Assembly (NCBI RefSeq): GCF_006345805.1
Contig: NC_042999.1
Span: 157,294,001 to 157,358,000, forward strand
DNA length: 64,000 nucleotides
Reading direction: 5' to 3'
From: Octopus sinensis
Taxonomy: Eukaryota
Below the pieces are notes generated by a model. That model was not told the DNA's origin and did not search any database. It worked only from the letters and a program-made list of their open reading frames with translations. A program made the translations under genes and the position numbers. Of the stretch, positions 11,501-24,320 are shown piece by piece (the first letter of the stretch is position 1; the number at the start of each line of letters is the position of its first letter).

Positions 11501-12351
11501 TGTTACTTCATTTTTGTTTTGCTCTTTCACCACCTCCCAATGTCTAAAACATAAGAGACTGTCCTGCACAACTAAATTTAAATTAAGTGTGATTAATTAT
11601 TCAAAATAAAAGCATTGGAATAGAGATTCCGAAAAACTGGAACTAATAGAAAAGTGGACCCGTTTTTGGCGCAATCAAGAAGGAAAATTGAAAATCATTA
11701 AAAGTGGTAAACTGGCAAATAGCAAGACCTTGAAAATAAATTATATGAATAGGTTGTGAATCAGAGAAGGCGGGGACTATCCTTTTCTACAATTATGATA
11801 GTTTTTAAGCAAAGAGAATTGCATATGATAATAGTTTAGAAAATTTTACGGTCATACATCTTGGTGTTATCGGTTCATGAAACTAGTTATGAGAACCAGA
11901 ACGGAAAATACTCAAAGAATGTCTGAAGTACTTGAGATGAAAATCTGTGCTTTTCAGTTTAGAGAAGTTTTATTTGAATTGTCTCAAATAACAAACACGC
12001 AAGAAACTCCATTAAGATTTGATGCTATAAGAAATATGAGTTATCTTATAGGGAGCATCAAATGTTAATTTTCATTAAACATAACTAGCCCGGGAACTTT
12101 ATAATACGACCTCATTAGGTTGTAAACTATTGATGTGAAGACTACTGGATACAAAAAAATTGCATTATATAGCAGAAAGAAGACATGGACATGGTGGGTA
12201 AAGGTATGATATCAGCATACGACCCTAACAATACCAGGGAAGGAATAATGGAGGCGGGGCCTCAAAATGTAAATATTTAAATCATGATATACAGGTGGAT
12301 TTTAGAAATAACATCAGAAAGCTCACTGAAAACGTGTAGTATGATGCTCTT

Positions 12352-12415
<64 letters not shown>

Positions 12416-12541
12416 GCTCTCTCTCTGTAAATGAAATATACAAAGTACATTCACACAAAAACTAGGCACTTGAGGTAATCTGAGCTTGGTGGTTTAAAAG
12501 AAAAATCATTGGAAAGAAAAAGGCGAAGAATAGTTACGCAC

Positions 12542-12585
12542 GAATGGGCTTTCACCATCGAGTTCAATGTCTCCTTCAAACAGAT
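12542..12585 (-). CDS. Astacin prodomain exon (FEGDI aspartate-switch motif)
   Basis: tacaattacag acceptor and gtgcgt donor, 44 bp, phase 1 to 0. Translates (D)LFEGDIELDGESPF and joins in frame to DRNAVG. Confidence 0.92.
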
Positions 12586-12729
12586 CTGTAATTGTACAAG
12601 ATTAATTTGGTTTGTTATGAAATGTTTATAACAGAATAATCAACTGAATGTGATTTTTCTGTATGATTAAATGAATACATGTGTATGTACTAACTTATAG
12701 AGATACTGTGTATCAACGAATGCGTGTGT

Positions 12730-13110
<381 letters not shown>

Positions 13111-13401
13111 TTTGCTGTGTAAGTGTTTTCTTGTCTCTTTGTTTGCAACATTCCACACAGCTTGACAACTGGTGTTAGTTTGATTGCGTCTCTGTAACTT
13201 AGCGTTTTGGCAAAAGTATTAATGGAACAAGCACCAATTTTTTTTTTCTTTTTAGATAATGGCCGGTTGATTTTTTTCGGCTAAAATGCCTGAAACATGA
13301 CCGAAACAAGTGAGATTATTAAAGATTACACCTTGCTGCCTTTGCTGGATTATACAGCGGAAATTATACACAGCCCTCTCAAGCTAAACATTTATTTTGA
13401 A

Positions 13402-13702
13402 CTAGCAGTATCGCCCGGCGTTGCTCGGGTTTGTAAGGGAAATAACTATATAAGCATTTTAGAGAGTTACTTCCCTTATATAAACTGAGCAAAAAATGCA
13501 TCAAAAAACCAAAAAGTGATGGTAATTTTTTTTTAATCGTAGACTCATCGTAGACGCGCGCTAATACCCAGAAGGACTCGATATGAATCACGACTATAAG
13601 ATACCCACTTTTGGTTAAACTGCACCGCAAAATGTGGGAGTAGTTAGGAATCTAAATCGGAGGAGACAGACTCTCACACAACTTCAGCTTTATATATAAA
13701 GA
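13402..13702 (-). mobile_element. Non-autonomous Helitron-like element (family H1)
   Basis: Minus strand starts TC and ends with the hairpin CCCG...CGGG plus CTAG, between A and T. A second copy lies at 16358-16754. Confidence 0.7.
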
Positions 13703-14620
13703 TTATAATTGCATAGCATTAGATTACGTCGTTGATTCTAATAACATGATTGAATAAAGAAGTTGTTTGTTTTTTAATCAATGTGAAAATTTTATAGAAT
13801 GTAGTAATCAGCAAACAATACAACTGCTCCTGCATCTACATGAAAAAGTTGTTTTCAATATCCAGACACAAATACACAGATCAGAAAACAAAATAATCAA
13901 TATGCAAAGCATCAATATCCTCTCTGCTGATATGCATACTACTAACAAAAAGTGCAAAAGAACAGTAGCTCACCTGCCTCTGCTGAGACCATCGCTAGAA
14001 TTTGTGGGTGCACAGAAAATAGGCGGAACATCAGGGATAGTGCTACAAGACCAGCATCACACTGCCATGCTGATTCGTGCATATCGGAGTGTGAAGTATG
14101 GTCTGAGGAGATGGATCGATGGGTCATACCACACCGTTTGGCCAACTATCTGGGTGCTATAGGACATTTTTATTGATGTGTAGCCACACCATTACAAACT
14201 GGTAAAATTGCCTCAATATAATTTCACGCTCAAATACATGCACACGCACATACAAAGACAAGCAAAAGCGTACGAACACGGAGAGAGCCTTAGTTGTACA
14301 AGTAAATGATCGTCACCAACCTGGATTTTCTTCTGGGTATCTTTCATCAAAACCTAAAATAGTAAAAACATTCAGTTTAGCAACAGGCTTTTTACGGGCA
14401 TACAGCGTTACATATCAATAATTACAAAGTGTGTTAAATGCTAATATGTAATTCTATTAAAAGATTTTTGTTACTATTGTAATTTATAGGATTAATTTCT
14501 GCGAAGTTGTTTCTAACTTGTGACACGATGTCCAAGGTGATTAAAGTCATTTCACTTAAATAGTTCATGAATGTGCTTGTGAAAAATGTCTAGAATATTG
14601 AGTCTTATGTCTCTCTAGGG

Positions 14621-14821
14621 CAGTGCTTTTCAAACTTTTTGCTGGAGCGGAACCCCAAGGAAACATTCCACTGGCTCGAGGAACCTCTGTGCAATAATTT
14701 AATAGTCTTATGCACACATATCTGCACAGGAGAATTAAAAATTACTGCCGATTTTAGTAGTTTTGTAACTTCTTGCGGAACCCCTGGACTGTACTGGCGG
14801 AACCCTGGCTGAAAACCACTG
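14621..14821. mobile_element. hAT (Charlie-type) MITE
   Basis: TIRs CAGTGCTTTTCAAAC / GCTGAAAACCACTG with a perfect 8-bp TSD CTCTAGGG (14613-14620 and 14822-14829). Confidence 0.9.
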
Positions 14822-14829
14822 CTCTAGGG

Positions 14830-16300
14830 AATCTATCGACGACCTTTTCAGATTTCCTTTAAGTGCCTTTGAACCGCTTCCTTTGTCCACATCGAGTGCT
14901 CTATTGTTTATTCACCCATAAAACAATTGTTTTGACAGCCGAGAGTCAGCCATTCGTACGACACAACTCGTCAGAACAGATGGTTGCTTAAATAGGATTT
15001 CAATCCAGGAGATATTTGTTTGCTCAAGCACACTAACATTCCTCCGTCTGTTCTGTCACTGGATGTGCATGACCTTCCTCGAACTTATCTGGGCGTACAT
15101 TTTCAGCTTATGGACATGCCATTATCTTTTCTAGGTTTTACTGCTGTATAAGAGGATGGATGCCATAATAATTGCCTATTACGCGGTACTGATTGTCTCC
15201 GATCTTGATCTTCATCTTTTCAGATGACCAATGACTGCGTTGGCACATTTTATTCGGTGCTGGATCTCCTCTTCGATAGTTACAATGTCATAGGTAATCA
15301 GACAATGGAATGGTTCGATATTTTCCACCATCTGTCCATGTACCCGAATGGTCGTCTAGATTCTTATTAGTTAGAGACTCTTGATATAAGATCTTTGTTT
15401 TACTTAAGTCGAGAGTCAGTCGCATTCTCTCCTATACGTCAGCGAAAATGTTGGCAATAGTCCGTAGTTCTTCATCTGAAGTCGCACTAGCTGTGATATA
15501 ATCTGTATACTGAAGTTCAGTTGTGGAGGACTTTATTCTGGGATGTATCTAACAAGGCAGAACAATATATCTAGCTATTTTCTTGGAGTAAGCTGGATTA
15601 TAACTGATAGAAAGATAGGAAAATGTGTAGGAGCAGTTACGCAACATATCTTACTCCAGTTCTCACTTCAAACAATCTGTCTTTGTGAGTGGCACTAAGC
15701 TTCGGTTTTGAATGTTCGTATAATAAAACCATATAAGTGTAATGAATTTTTGTGTATTGTTAAGTTTGGCTAGCACAGTCTATGAAGTCAAGTGTCCTGG
15801 TAGGTCAAAGGTTGTTGCGTCCAACAGTCTGTGTTGCCTAAGGCATTTCTCCTGTGAGTGGCAGTCGCAACAAATCATACTAATAGTTATTCTAAAAGAT
15901 TCTAGTTTGTGAGTCTCAGATTGTGGGATGAGTCCGTTGAGTTATTGCCAGAAATTTTGAAGTAGTTTATAAACGCGAAATTTCTCAGTAGTTTGTCACA
16001 ATCTGATTTGTGCCCTTTTTCTTTGATATGGTAATAGTCGTTGTACCTCTGAGGTCAGCTGATATCCCTTCTCGGAATGTAAAACTTGTTGTTTGTGCTT
16101 CATTTACAAGTTTATATGTCTCAGCATGCAGTCAGATCGCCCAGTAGTTAAACATTGACTCTCTTCAATCGAACTCTCATTCTGACCCCAATGGCCGAAG
16201 ACTAGCAACACGCTTGAAACTCAGAGTACCAAGGAGTTTGAATCAAACTGTTTTGATCTAGACATATAACTCCCAATAAATCTGTTGAGTGCTCTTCTTT
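14830..16300 (-). mobile_element. Old degraded RTE (BovB-like) LINE
   Basis: Frameshifted minus-strand RT remnants (IEEEIQHRIKCANAVIGHL, ILLYSSKT, VVRMADSRLSKQLFYG). Confidence 0.65.
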
Positions 16301-16318
16301 CGTTTTTCTACTCGCTCG

Positions 16319-16354
<36 letters not shown>

Positions 16355-16357
16355 ATA

Positions 16358-16754
16358 CTAGCAGTATCGCCCGGCGTTGCTCGGGTTTGTAAGGGAAATA
16401 ACTATATAAGCATTTTTAGAGAGTTATAGCCAAAAAATAGCAAAAAAATGCATTAAAAATTGAAAAAAAATTAAGGTAAATTTTTTTTTAATCGTTGACA
16501 CATCGTAGATATTTTTAGAGAGTTACTTCCCTTATATAAAAGCGAAAAAAATGCATTAAAATGGAAAAATATGATGGTAAATTTTTTTTTAAAATCGTAG
16601 ACTCATCGTAGACGCGCGCTAATACCCAGAAGGGATCGATATGAATCACGACTATAAGATACCCGCTTTTGGTTAAACTGCACCGCAAAATGTGGGAGTA
16701 GTTAGGAATCTAAATCGTAGGAGACAGACACACAACTTCACTCTTATATAAAGA
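16358..16754 (-). mobile_element. Helitron-like H1 copy with an internal duplication
   Basis: Same termini as 13402-13702. The block TTTTTAGAGAGTTA...AAAAAAATGCATTAAAA occurs twice. Confidence 0.7.
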
Positions 16755-18004
16755 TGCTTTTTTTTTCAGTCATAGAGTTAGATTTATGAAGGTCTTCAGT
16801 AGAAAATCCTTCGAATTCTGACTCGCTGCTTGATATAATGAAATTCGTATCCATTTTTTGTCAGAATTACAAATTTTGAAAACACAGTAGGAACAAATTT
16901 CGGAAAAAAATCTCCCATAATTCACGGAATTAAAATTACACTTCGATTTTTGTACAAAACTGTAGTTGAAGTGTTTACGAAGTATAATACGTGTTTTCAC
17001 GAATGTACTAAAGAGATTTGCTCTGATATTCTCATTTAAATATGAATAGGTAAATTCGGGCGGTTTGGTAACGAAAGGGTTAAACGGATGCATACATTTA
17101 TTAATCTCTTATTATAATAACTATATATAAGTGTCGTCTGTTTATACATAAACACTGTTTCATACTGCAATTATATATACATATATCTATATATAATATT
17201 ATATAATAAAATATATACAGAGTAAAATAAAAACCAATTTACCTTTTCTGTATTGTTATAGCAATTCCACCGTCCGTGTGTCTTTGCAAATGTGTTGGAA
17301 TGATAAGTGAGTTGTGTTTTGGTGCCTTTTTTACTAATAACAAACACACACGTGTTTGTATGTAGTTGTTTGAAACGTTTGTGTTTGCCACTCTCATATA
17401 TGTATGTGTATGCGTGTGTGTGAGGAATGACACACACACACTCACGCACGCACACATGTACATCAATGCTTTCGGAGTGATATGTTAAAATATTGAGTTT
17501 TCTCGAATTTTGTCTTAATTGGTGGTAAAATTGAAAGAAATTTTTTATGGCATCACCTACTGAAGTACTCTGAAAAATCATAGGTACACTCTAATTGAAG
17601 AAATTGTGTGAGGAGTAAATCGTTATGTATTTATTTGTTTCTGTTTGCTGTGTTTTTTTATTTTTTGAGTAGTGGTTTAAATACTTTCAGTTTAGTCTTC
17701 CTCAAATCACTCTGTCGCTATTTACTTTCATTTTATTCGTTGCACACTGTGTGTGTGCGTGTGCGTGTGGTGTAAACCACATTAAGAAAAGCATTTGACA
17801 TACACACCAGAATGTGAGTTTTCTGTAAATTTTGCTTAATTGGAGTTTAAATTTTAAAAACTGGACCTGGCATGACCCGATGCATTCTACTCTTAAAAAT
17901 GCTAGGTAAATTGTAATTGAAGAAATCCTATATTGTAGATTTCTATAAGTTACAAAGGGAGGCAGATAAAATCTGCCTTTTATAATAAGATATATATATA
18001 TATA

Positions 18005-18142
18005 TATAAGAGAGATGACCTGTAAGTGGACATCCATTATGCTAGAAGAAGATCCGGTATGGTCTTACCACTAAGAAAGGAATGTTCTCAAGAAAATTCT
18101 TCTAGCATAATGGATGTCCAATTACAGGTCATCCCTCTTATA
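18005..18142. mobile_element. Small foldback MITE (Tc1/mariner-like, TA flanks)
   Basis: About 45-bp TIRs: TATAAGAGAGATGACCTGTAAGTGGACATCCATTATGCTAGAAGAA / TTCTTCTAGCATAATGGATGTCCAATTACAGGTCATCCCTCTTATA. Confidence 0.65.
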
Positions 18143-18255
18143 TGTATGTAATATAATTTTTTCTGAAACTTCAGATTTTTAAATATGCTAGACCACTGGT
18201 TTTAAATTGAAATTAATCAAATTAACATTCAATTTTTCACCCTTATTATTTTAAA

Positions 18256-18329
<74 letters not shown>

Positions 18330-18468
18330 CCATTTTATCTACATCTCGTTTTCTTACGAACTCTTTATTTAGTTTGAAGAAATGAATATTTAACAATTAA
18401 ATTAATCAAATTAATATTCAAATTTTCACCCTTATTAATTTAAATTTTTTTTATATATATATATATAT

Positions 18469-18630
18469 AACTTATAAAATAAGAGCAAAAGAAAAATTCT
18501 AATGCCAAATATGCCGAAAAAAGACAAAATTGTCAATAACCATTATAATTTATTAATGGTTATTGACAATTTTGTCTTTTTTCGGCATATTTGGCATTAG
18601 AATTTTTCTTTTGCCCCTATTTTATAAGTT
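18469..18630. repeat. Near-perfect palindrome, about 77-bp arms with an 8-bp spacer
   Basis: 18469-18545 is the reverse complement of 18554-18630 with about 2 mismatches. Confidence 0.9.
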
Positions 18631-18831
18631 ATTTATAAATTTAACCTTTAAAGGTATTTCTTTGATATGCTGGCCATCGATAAAAAATTTTTTTCGAAAA
18701 TAATTTTATCCTACATTAGTTATATATATATATATATAATCCATTTTATCTACATCTCGTTTTCCTACGAACTCTTTATTTAGTTTGAAGTAATGAATAT
18801 TTAACAATGAAGTGTTTGAAATAAGACTTAC

Positions 18832-18847
18832 CATTGGGATCAGTACC
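18832..18847 (-). CDS. Candidate 16-nt microexon of the astacin prodomain
   Basis: Strong polypyrimidine acceptor ctttcttttttcttttgcag and gtaagt donor around GGTACTGATCCCAATG. Read in phase 0 to 1 it gives GTDPN(D), the only stop-free phase that fits the FEGDI exon. Confidence 0.7.
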
Positions 18848-19750
18848 CTGCAAAAGAAAAAAGAAAGATAAATGAATCTAGATCTAAAAATTATATTAAT
18901 CGAGCAATTAGCAAATCATAGAAGTATAAATTGCATATATAATATGAATATTAGATAATATACTGCTTGATGGAAAGGTCAGGCTCGCAAAACTTTTAGA
19001 TAATTCATTAGGACTATTTAATCTAATCAAATGTCTCTCTTTTTTAAGACAGTAAAGTGTACTTTGAGGGAAATTTGTTGGGTTACTCTTGGTGGGATTT
19101 AGATTCAGAACATTGGCTGACAAATATTTCATTGTTAAAGCCAATAGTAACGAATTACTTAATTCATATAGATGCATGCAGGACTAAAAGTGTTAGCTGA
19201 CTTGTCCAAAGCTAATCCAGTTAATTTCTGTTTAAACGTCTTAGTCTGGCTCATCAGTTTCTGATACTGCCATCAATAAGGTTGTCAAAGTATTGATTTT
19301 TAACGCAAAATGAACAAGCATCGTAAAACAACTGTTAATATAGGAATAGTCTGATGAGCAAACACATGGACAGGCAGTTAAAAAGGAAATGCAAGACCAG
19401 CAGCGACCAAATTTGAACTCACAGGTTGAAAATAATGCCGTCCACACTTTCAGAGTCGTGACTATATTGATTTCAAATTTTGGGACAAGGCCAGCAATTT
19501 CGGTAGAAGGGGTAAGTCGGTTACATAGACCCCAGTAATCGACTGGTACTTATTTTATCAACTCGAAAACAATGAAAAGAAAAGTCGACCTCACCGGAAT
19601 TTGAGCGCAGAGCGTGAAGACGGATGAAATGCTTTTAAGCATTTTGCCCGGCGTGCTAACGATTCTTCTAACTCGCTGCTCGAATTCTACTGAGGTCATC
19701 TTCTCTCTTCATCGTTTCGAAGTCAATAAAATAAGTACCAGTTAATTATG

Positions 19751-20133
19751 TGGAAGCACTCCGTCGGTTATGACGACGAGGGTTCCGGTTGATCCGAATC
19801 AACGGAACAGCCTGCTCGTGAAATTAACGTGTAAGTGGCTGAGCATTCCACAGACACGTGTACCCTTAACGTAGTTCTCGGGGATATTCAGCGTGACACA
19901 GAGAGTGACAAGGCCGGCCCTTTGAAATACAGGTACAACAGAAACAGGAAGTAAGAGTGAGAGAAAGTTGTGGCGAAAGAGTACAGCAGGGATCACCACC
20001 ATCCCCTGCCGGAGCCTCGTGGAGCTTTAGGTGTTTTCGCTCAATAAACACTCACAACGCCCGGTCTGGGAATCGAAACCGCGATCCTATGACCGCGAGT
20101 CCGCTGCCCTAACCACTGGGCCATTGCGCCTCC
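19751..20133 (-). mobile_element. tRNA-derived SINE family S3 (head GGAGGCGCAATGGCCCAGTGG), inserted into an S1 SINE
   Basis: A/B-box head and a 12-bp TSD ACCAGTTAATTA. Homologous to 36515-36880 and 52948-53327. Confidence 0.85.
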
Positions 20134-20604
20134 ACACCAGTTAATTACTGAGGTCGCTGTAATCGACTTACCCCTTCTCCCAAAATTGCTGGCCTTGTCC
20201 CAAAATTTTAAATCAATTATAGTCTCGACTTTGAAAGTGTGAACGGCAATTTGATTTCGCAACAGTATTTTTAACTAGTGTGTTTAAATTTGGTTGCTGC
20301 TGGCCTCGTATTTCCTCTTCAGCCACCTGACGATGTGTTTGCTCATCATACTTCCCTATAGGGTACATCTACTGGCTGCATCCACTGTGACGTCTTATGC
20401 CGCAGAATGCTGAAACATACGAAACACTTGAAATAACCAAGACAACACCCATCATTTTTTCTCTCATTATTGCTGTGCTCTTTCTCTTACATTATTGCTC
20501 ACCCTCGAATACCTATAACCAGTGTGTAGAAGCGACAGGGGAAGCTTAAGGCTATTAGTATTAGAGCCGAAACCTGAATTGTGGGGCGCTTTGAATGCAT
20601 CCGA

Positions 20605-20849
20605 TCATATCATTTACTCTTTTACTCTTACTTGTTTCAGTCATTTGACTGCGACCATGCTGGAGCACCGCCTTTAGTCGAGCAAATCGACCCCGGGACT
20701 TATTCTTTGTAAGCCCAGTACTTATTCTATCGGTCTCTTTTTGCCGAACCGCTAAGTGACGGGGACGTAAACACACCAGCATCGGTTGTCAAGCAATGCT
20801 AGAGGGACAAACACAGACACACAAACACACATACACACACACACACACT

Positions 20850-20881
<32 letters not shown>

Positions 20882-21035
20882 TACGACAGGCTTCTTTCAG
20901 TTTCCGTCTACCAAATCCACTCACAAGGCATTAGTCAGCCCGGGGCTATAGCAGAAGACACTTGCCCAAGATGCCACGCAGTGGGACCATGTGGTTGGTT
21001 AGCAAGCTACTTACCACACAGCCACTCCTGCGCCA
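20605..21035 (-). mobile_element. SINE family S2
   Basis: Full-length copy with a small deletion. Confidence 0.85.
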
Positions 21036-21119
21036 ATCTTTGAATCTTATTTTCTGATACAACGCCACTCACAATCCTCTTTGTTCCCACTTTGTAGCAT
21101 CCCATACAACGAATATTTT

Positions 21120-21530
21120 TGGTGCTTTCACTTTCTCTCTCCTCCCTCTCTCTCTCTCTCTCTTTCTCTTTTCCTCTTCCCTACTCCCATGCTTTCTCTT
21201 TTTCCTTCTTGTTTGTCTTTCCTCTCTCATCACCTTACCTCTCTGTTGCTCTTTCTGTTCATCCCTTTCACTTTACTATTTTCCTTCCTTCTCTCTTGCT
21301 CTGTGCACCCCTCCTTTGCCCCCTTTCTTTCTCCCTATTATCTCTTGTATCTCCTTCTGCATTTCTTTTTTCCATATGTCCCTTTTTTCCCTTTATTTTG
21401 CCTCCATCTTTTCCTCGGCCCTTTTTCTCTGCCCTTCACTACTTGTTTTTTCTCTCCCCCCCCCCCACCATTTTCGAGACCACTTGACCATCTCGTTTCT
21501 TCTTTCACCCTTCTTTTTCGTGTTTGACAA
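21120..21530. repeat. Polypyrimidine (CT-rich) low-complexity tract
   Basis: Direct inspection. It explains the F/L/S/P-rich ORFs. Confidence 0.85.
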
Positions 21531-21957
21531 CTAACATGTCATGTTTCTCTTCGGCTCTCGACTTCGTTCTATCTTTCATTCTATTTCTTCCATCCTCCCA
21601 CCTTCTTTTCTATCTTTCCATCTCTCTACGGCCGTTTTCAAGTCCAATAGGACATCATTTCCCATTGGCGTTACTTCTCCACATGTCTTGTTTTAACGTT
21701 GTCTCATAGCCGTAAGGCCTTTATCTGAATGTGTATATTTATATAGTACCAACTATCTGTGCCTTTTGTTTGTTTTCATTCCAAGCAGCTTTTTGTTGTT
21801 GACACCACCAATATGAACAATCTTATCGTTAAAGGTGCGATATTATGGCTTTTGGACGATAACTGAAGAAGGGAAGAGCATGTTCACGTCTTGCGAGTGA
21901 ATTTTTCATATGTTCCTTTGTCGACCTTCTACGCGATATTTTAATCTTATTATAAAT

Positions 21958-21988
<31 letters not shown>

Positions 21989-24189
21989 CGTGCGTGCATG
22001 CGTGCGTGCGTGTTAATCTAAGTGTGCAGTATGTGTATATATATATATATACATATGTGTAGCGTTTTCGGGGTGACGGATGCCCAAATGTCGCTATCCA
22101 TAAAGTACCACTGCATTCGTTTCAGTCCTACAAGAATACCACCTCCTAAACCGTATACACATTTCTAGAAAACTCTTATAGTCTTACAACATCCAAAGGA
22201 TAAAATTCTGAACTTAACTTTTGCTCAATTCGTTTCGTCTTTTTTTACAACAACCACAAACTGAGTGTATTTTTTCACCTCCAAAGCAGTCGCCGTATTT
22301 TCTTCCATAACTGCTAGCCCAGAAGAGCACAGGCTTACAGAACTGAGCTGATACCTAACATCTTGTTGAACCCCCCACTGCGAAACCGACTAGTAACATT
22401 GGCCGTAATGGATATTTAGGTGGTATGAAGCGTGTCTCTGGCTTTTGTATTATTACAAGTTCTTGATTCCCTGAGTTGTATATGAAACAGTGGAAAGAAA
22501 TACAAGAAAACGGGTTTTCAATGAACTGCGACACTTTACTCATCTGCTAAATTAATTTGTACAGCAAACAAGTTGGATACATCATGAAGACAGCTATCAG
22601 TAGAAATCATAGTCAGCTTCTCAATTCAGTTGGAATTTGGTTACATGTGCTTCAGAAACAGGATCAAAAAGACGTGACATAGCTCCTAGGAAATTCCCAT
22701 CTCACTGGCCAAAACAGGGAAAACTCTCCTATTTAAAGTTAAACTGAGGCTCACACAGACATTTGACTTTGCCGCACTGTTGTGTCTATCGCACAACACG
22801 ATTAGATCTCGCGTAAAACTAGACTAATCCAAGAAACGGACTCGGTCACGTATTACGCCATCACATGACCGGTTTATGTGACCAATCGTTTGGAACATGC
22901 CGGATGAACCGATTTCCGACTATTTAATTAAGTCTAAACGATGCGACAACAGTCTCGCTACAGATATGTACACTGTACACCTACTCTGCTGTCAAATGAA
23001 CGAATGTGTAGAACGACCGTGCGAAAGAAGAGGTGACGAATGAATGACTCGTTTAAACACCGCACGGTCGCCTTACAATAAAAGCCAAAATATGGATAAA
23101 TGATATGAGTGCCAGAAAGAATAAGGAAGACGATGACACAACCGTAAAAGCTTTAAGAGAAAGATTTTATTTAGATGTTAGCAGAGTGCGTCTGTGTGTG
23201 CGCCATAAGTACATATATGATAAGAACAATAATAGACAGGCCGTCAAACATACAATAATGTATATGTGTGTACAAACAAAGGTGTATGCGTGTGAGATAA
23301 AATACAGAGCATAGAAATGAGTCTATAACAGGACACTAGAAGTTCAGACACAAGATGAAGATAAATACCAGTTCGTAGTAAGGTACGCAATAGTGGAAGT
23401 TCTGTAACAAACAAGTTGAGGCGCCAATTGCAGAGCCGGTTGAACACATTTCGTGTAAGCGGTTGTGGCTTCTAAGCTGTGCCGGGTCACTTGGTACAGA
23501 AGGTTCTCGCAGGTTGAGCTTACTGTTGAAGTATTCACAAACAGTGAGAAGTTAAACCTGGGTGAATATTGGCGTCGATAAGCTGAAGGCGACGTTAAGA
23601 TGAAGGCAACGTAGGTGGAGGTCCGGAAATACTGCTGGTGGTGTCATGTCACTGGAATTGGCTGAGTCGCTGGAACTGGTTGCCTGTCGCTGGGTGCTCT
23701 GTGGTCAGAGGTTAGTCCTTAGAAGGACTAGAAGCAAAGACAAAATACGGTTTGTTGATCTAGCTTTTATAGTTACTAGGAGGCTCCAGCAGAGAATTTA
23801 GAAGACTGTGTCACGAGACCTTATCAGAAGGCTGCAATTGGTCGGCTCGCACATTGGCGCGTAATAGAGCAAGAGACAAACTGGGCCAATACCAACCAAT
23901 CAGAGTAGTGGACACAACAGGGCCCAAGCGGCCGAAGGTTAGCTGTTATCTGCTACGTCCGTATTTATGTTATATATGTCAGAGAGAGTGTGTGTGTATT
24001 TCACTAAGCGTCCGCTACAAGTGCATACTTTTTCTGACTTATGAATTCTTAGACGGTGTGTATATGTATGTATGTATGTGTGTGTATGTATGTATGTATG
24101 CATGCATGCATGCATGTATGTATGTATGTATGTATGTATGTATGTATGTATGTATGTATGTATGTATGTAGGAAGGAAGGAATATCTTA

Positions 24190-24320
24190 GTTCGGCATCG
24201 TTGTTTTTATAGTAGGTGAACGTTTCTACATGGCGGGGTTGCTAACCCCATGCCCAAACCTCCTCTTTTTCAACCGGGCTTGGGACCGGCTTTGGTGAAA
24301 GCCATCGGAGAATTGATCGG
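24190..24320 (-). ncRNA. Twister-ribozyme-like motif in an RTE 5'-UTR relic (5' strand degenerate)
   Basis: Minus strand reads GCCGGUCCCAAGCCCGGUUGAAAAAGAGGAGGUUUGGGCAUGGGGUUAGCAACCCC. This contains the twister P4/L4 hallmark GCCGGUCCCAAGCCCGG and the downstream GAGG. Confidence 0.65.

Noticed and set aside
13975-14160. Segment with a good acceptor and donor on the minus strand, ending in phase 1, as a candidate astacin exon
   Set aside because: All three frames hit stops from the acceptor. The forward strand weakly resembles a degraded RTE RT.
18908-19177. Minus-strand ORF MHLYELSNSLLLALT... as the astacin signal-peptide exon
   Set aside because: The candidate donors I found are phase 1, but the microexon needs phase 0, and the hydrophobic core is weak.
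19751-20133. tRNA genes at SINE heads (also 27707, 36515, 45770, 53327)
   Set aside because: They have A/B boxes but continue into SINE bodies with TSDs and lack a complete cloverleaf acceptor stem.
23325-23985. GC-richer block with CCAAT boxes as an LTR or the astacin promoter (similar block at 24556-24869)
   Set aside because: No convincing TG..CA termini with a TSD and no linked exon. The 24.56-24.87 kb block is only evident as an insertion splitting an RTE.
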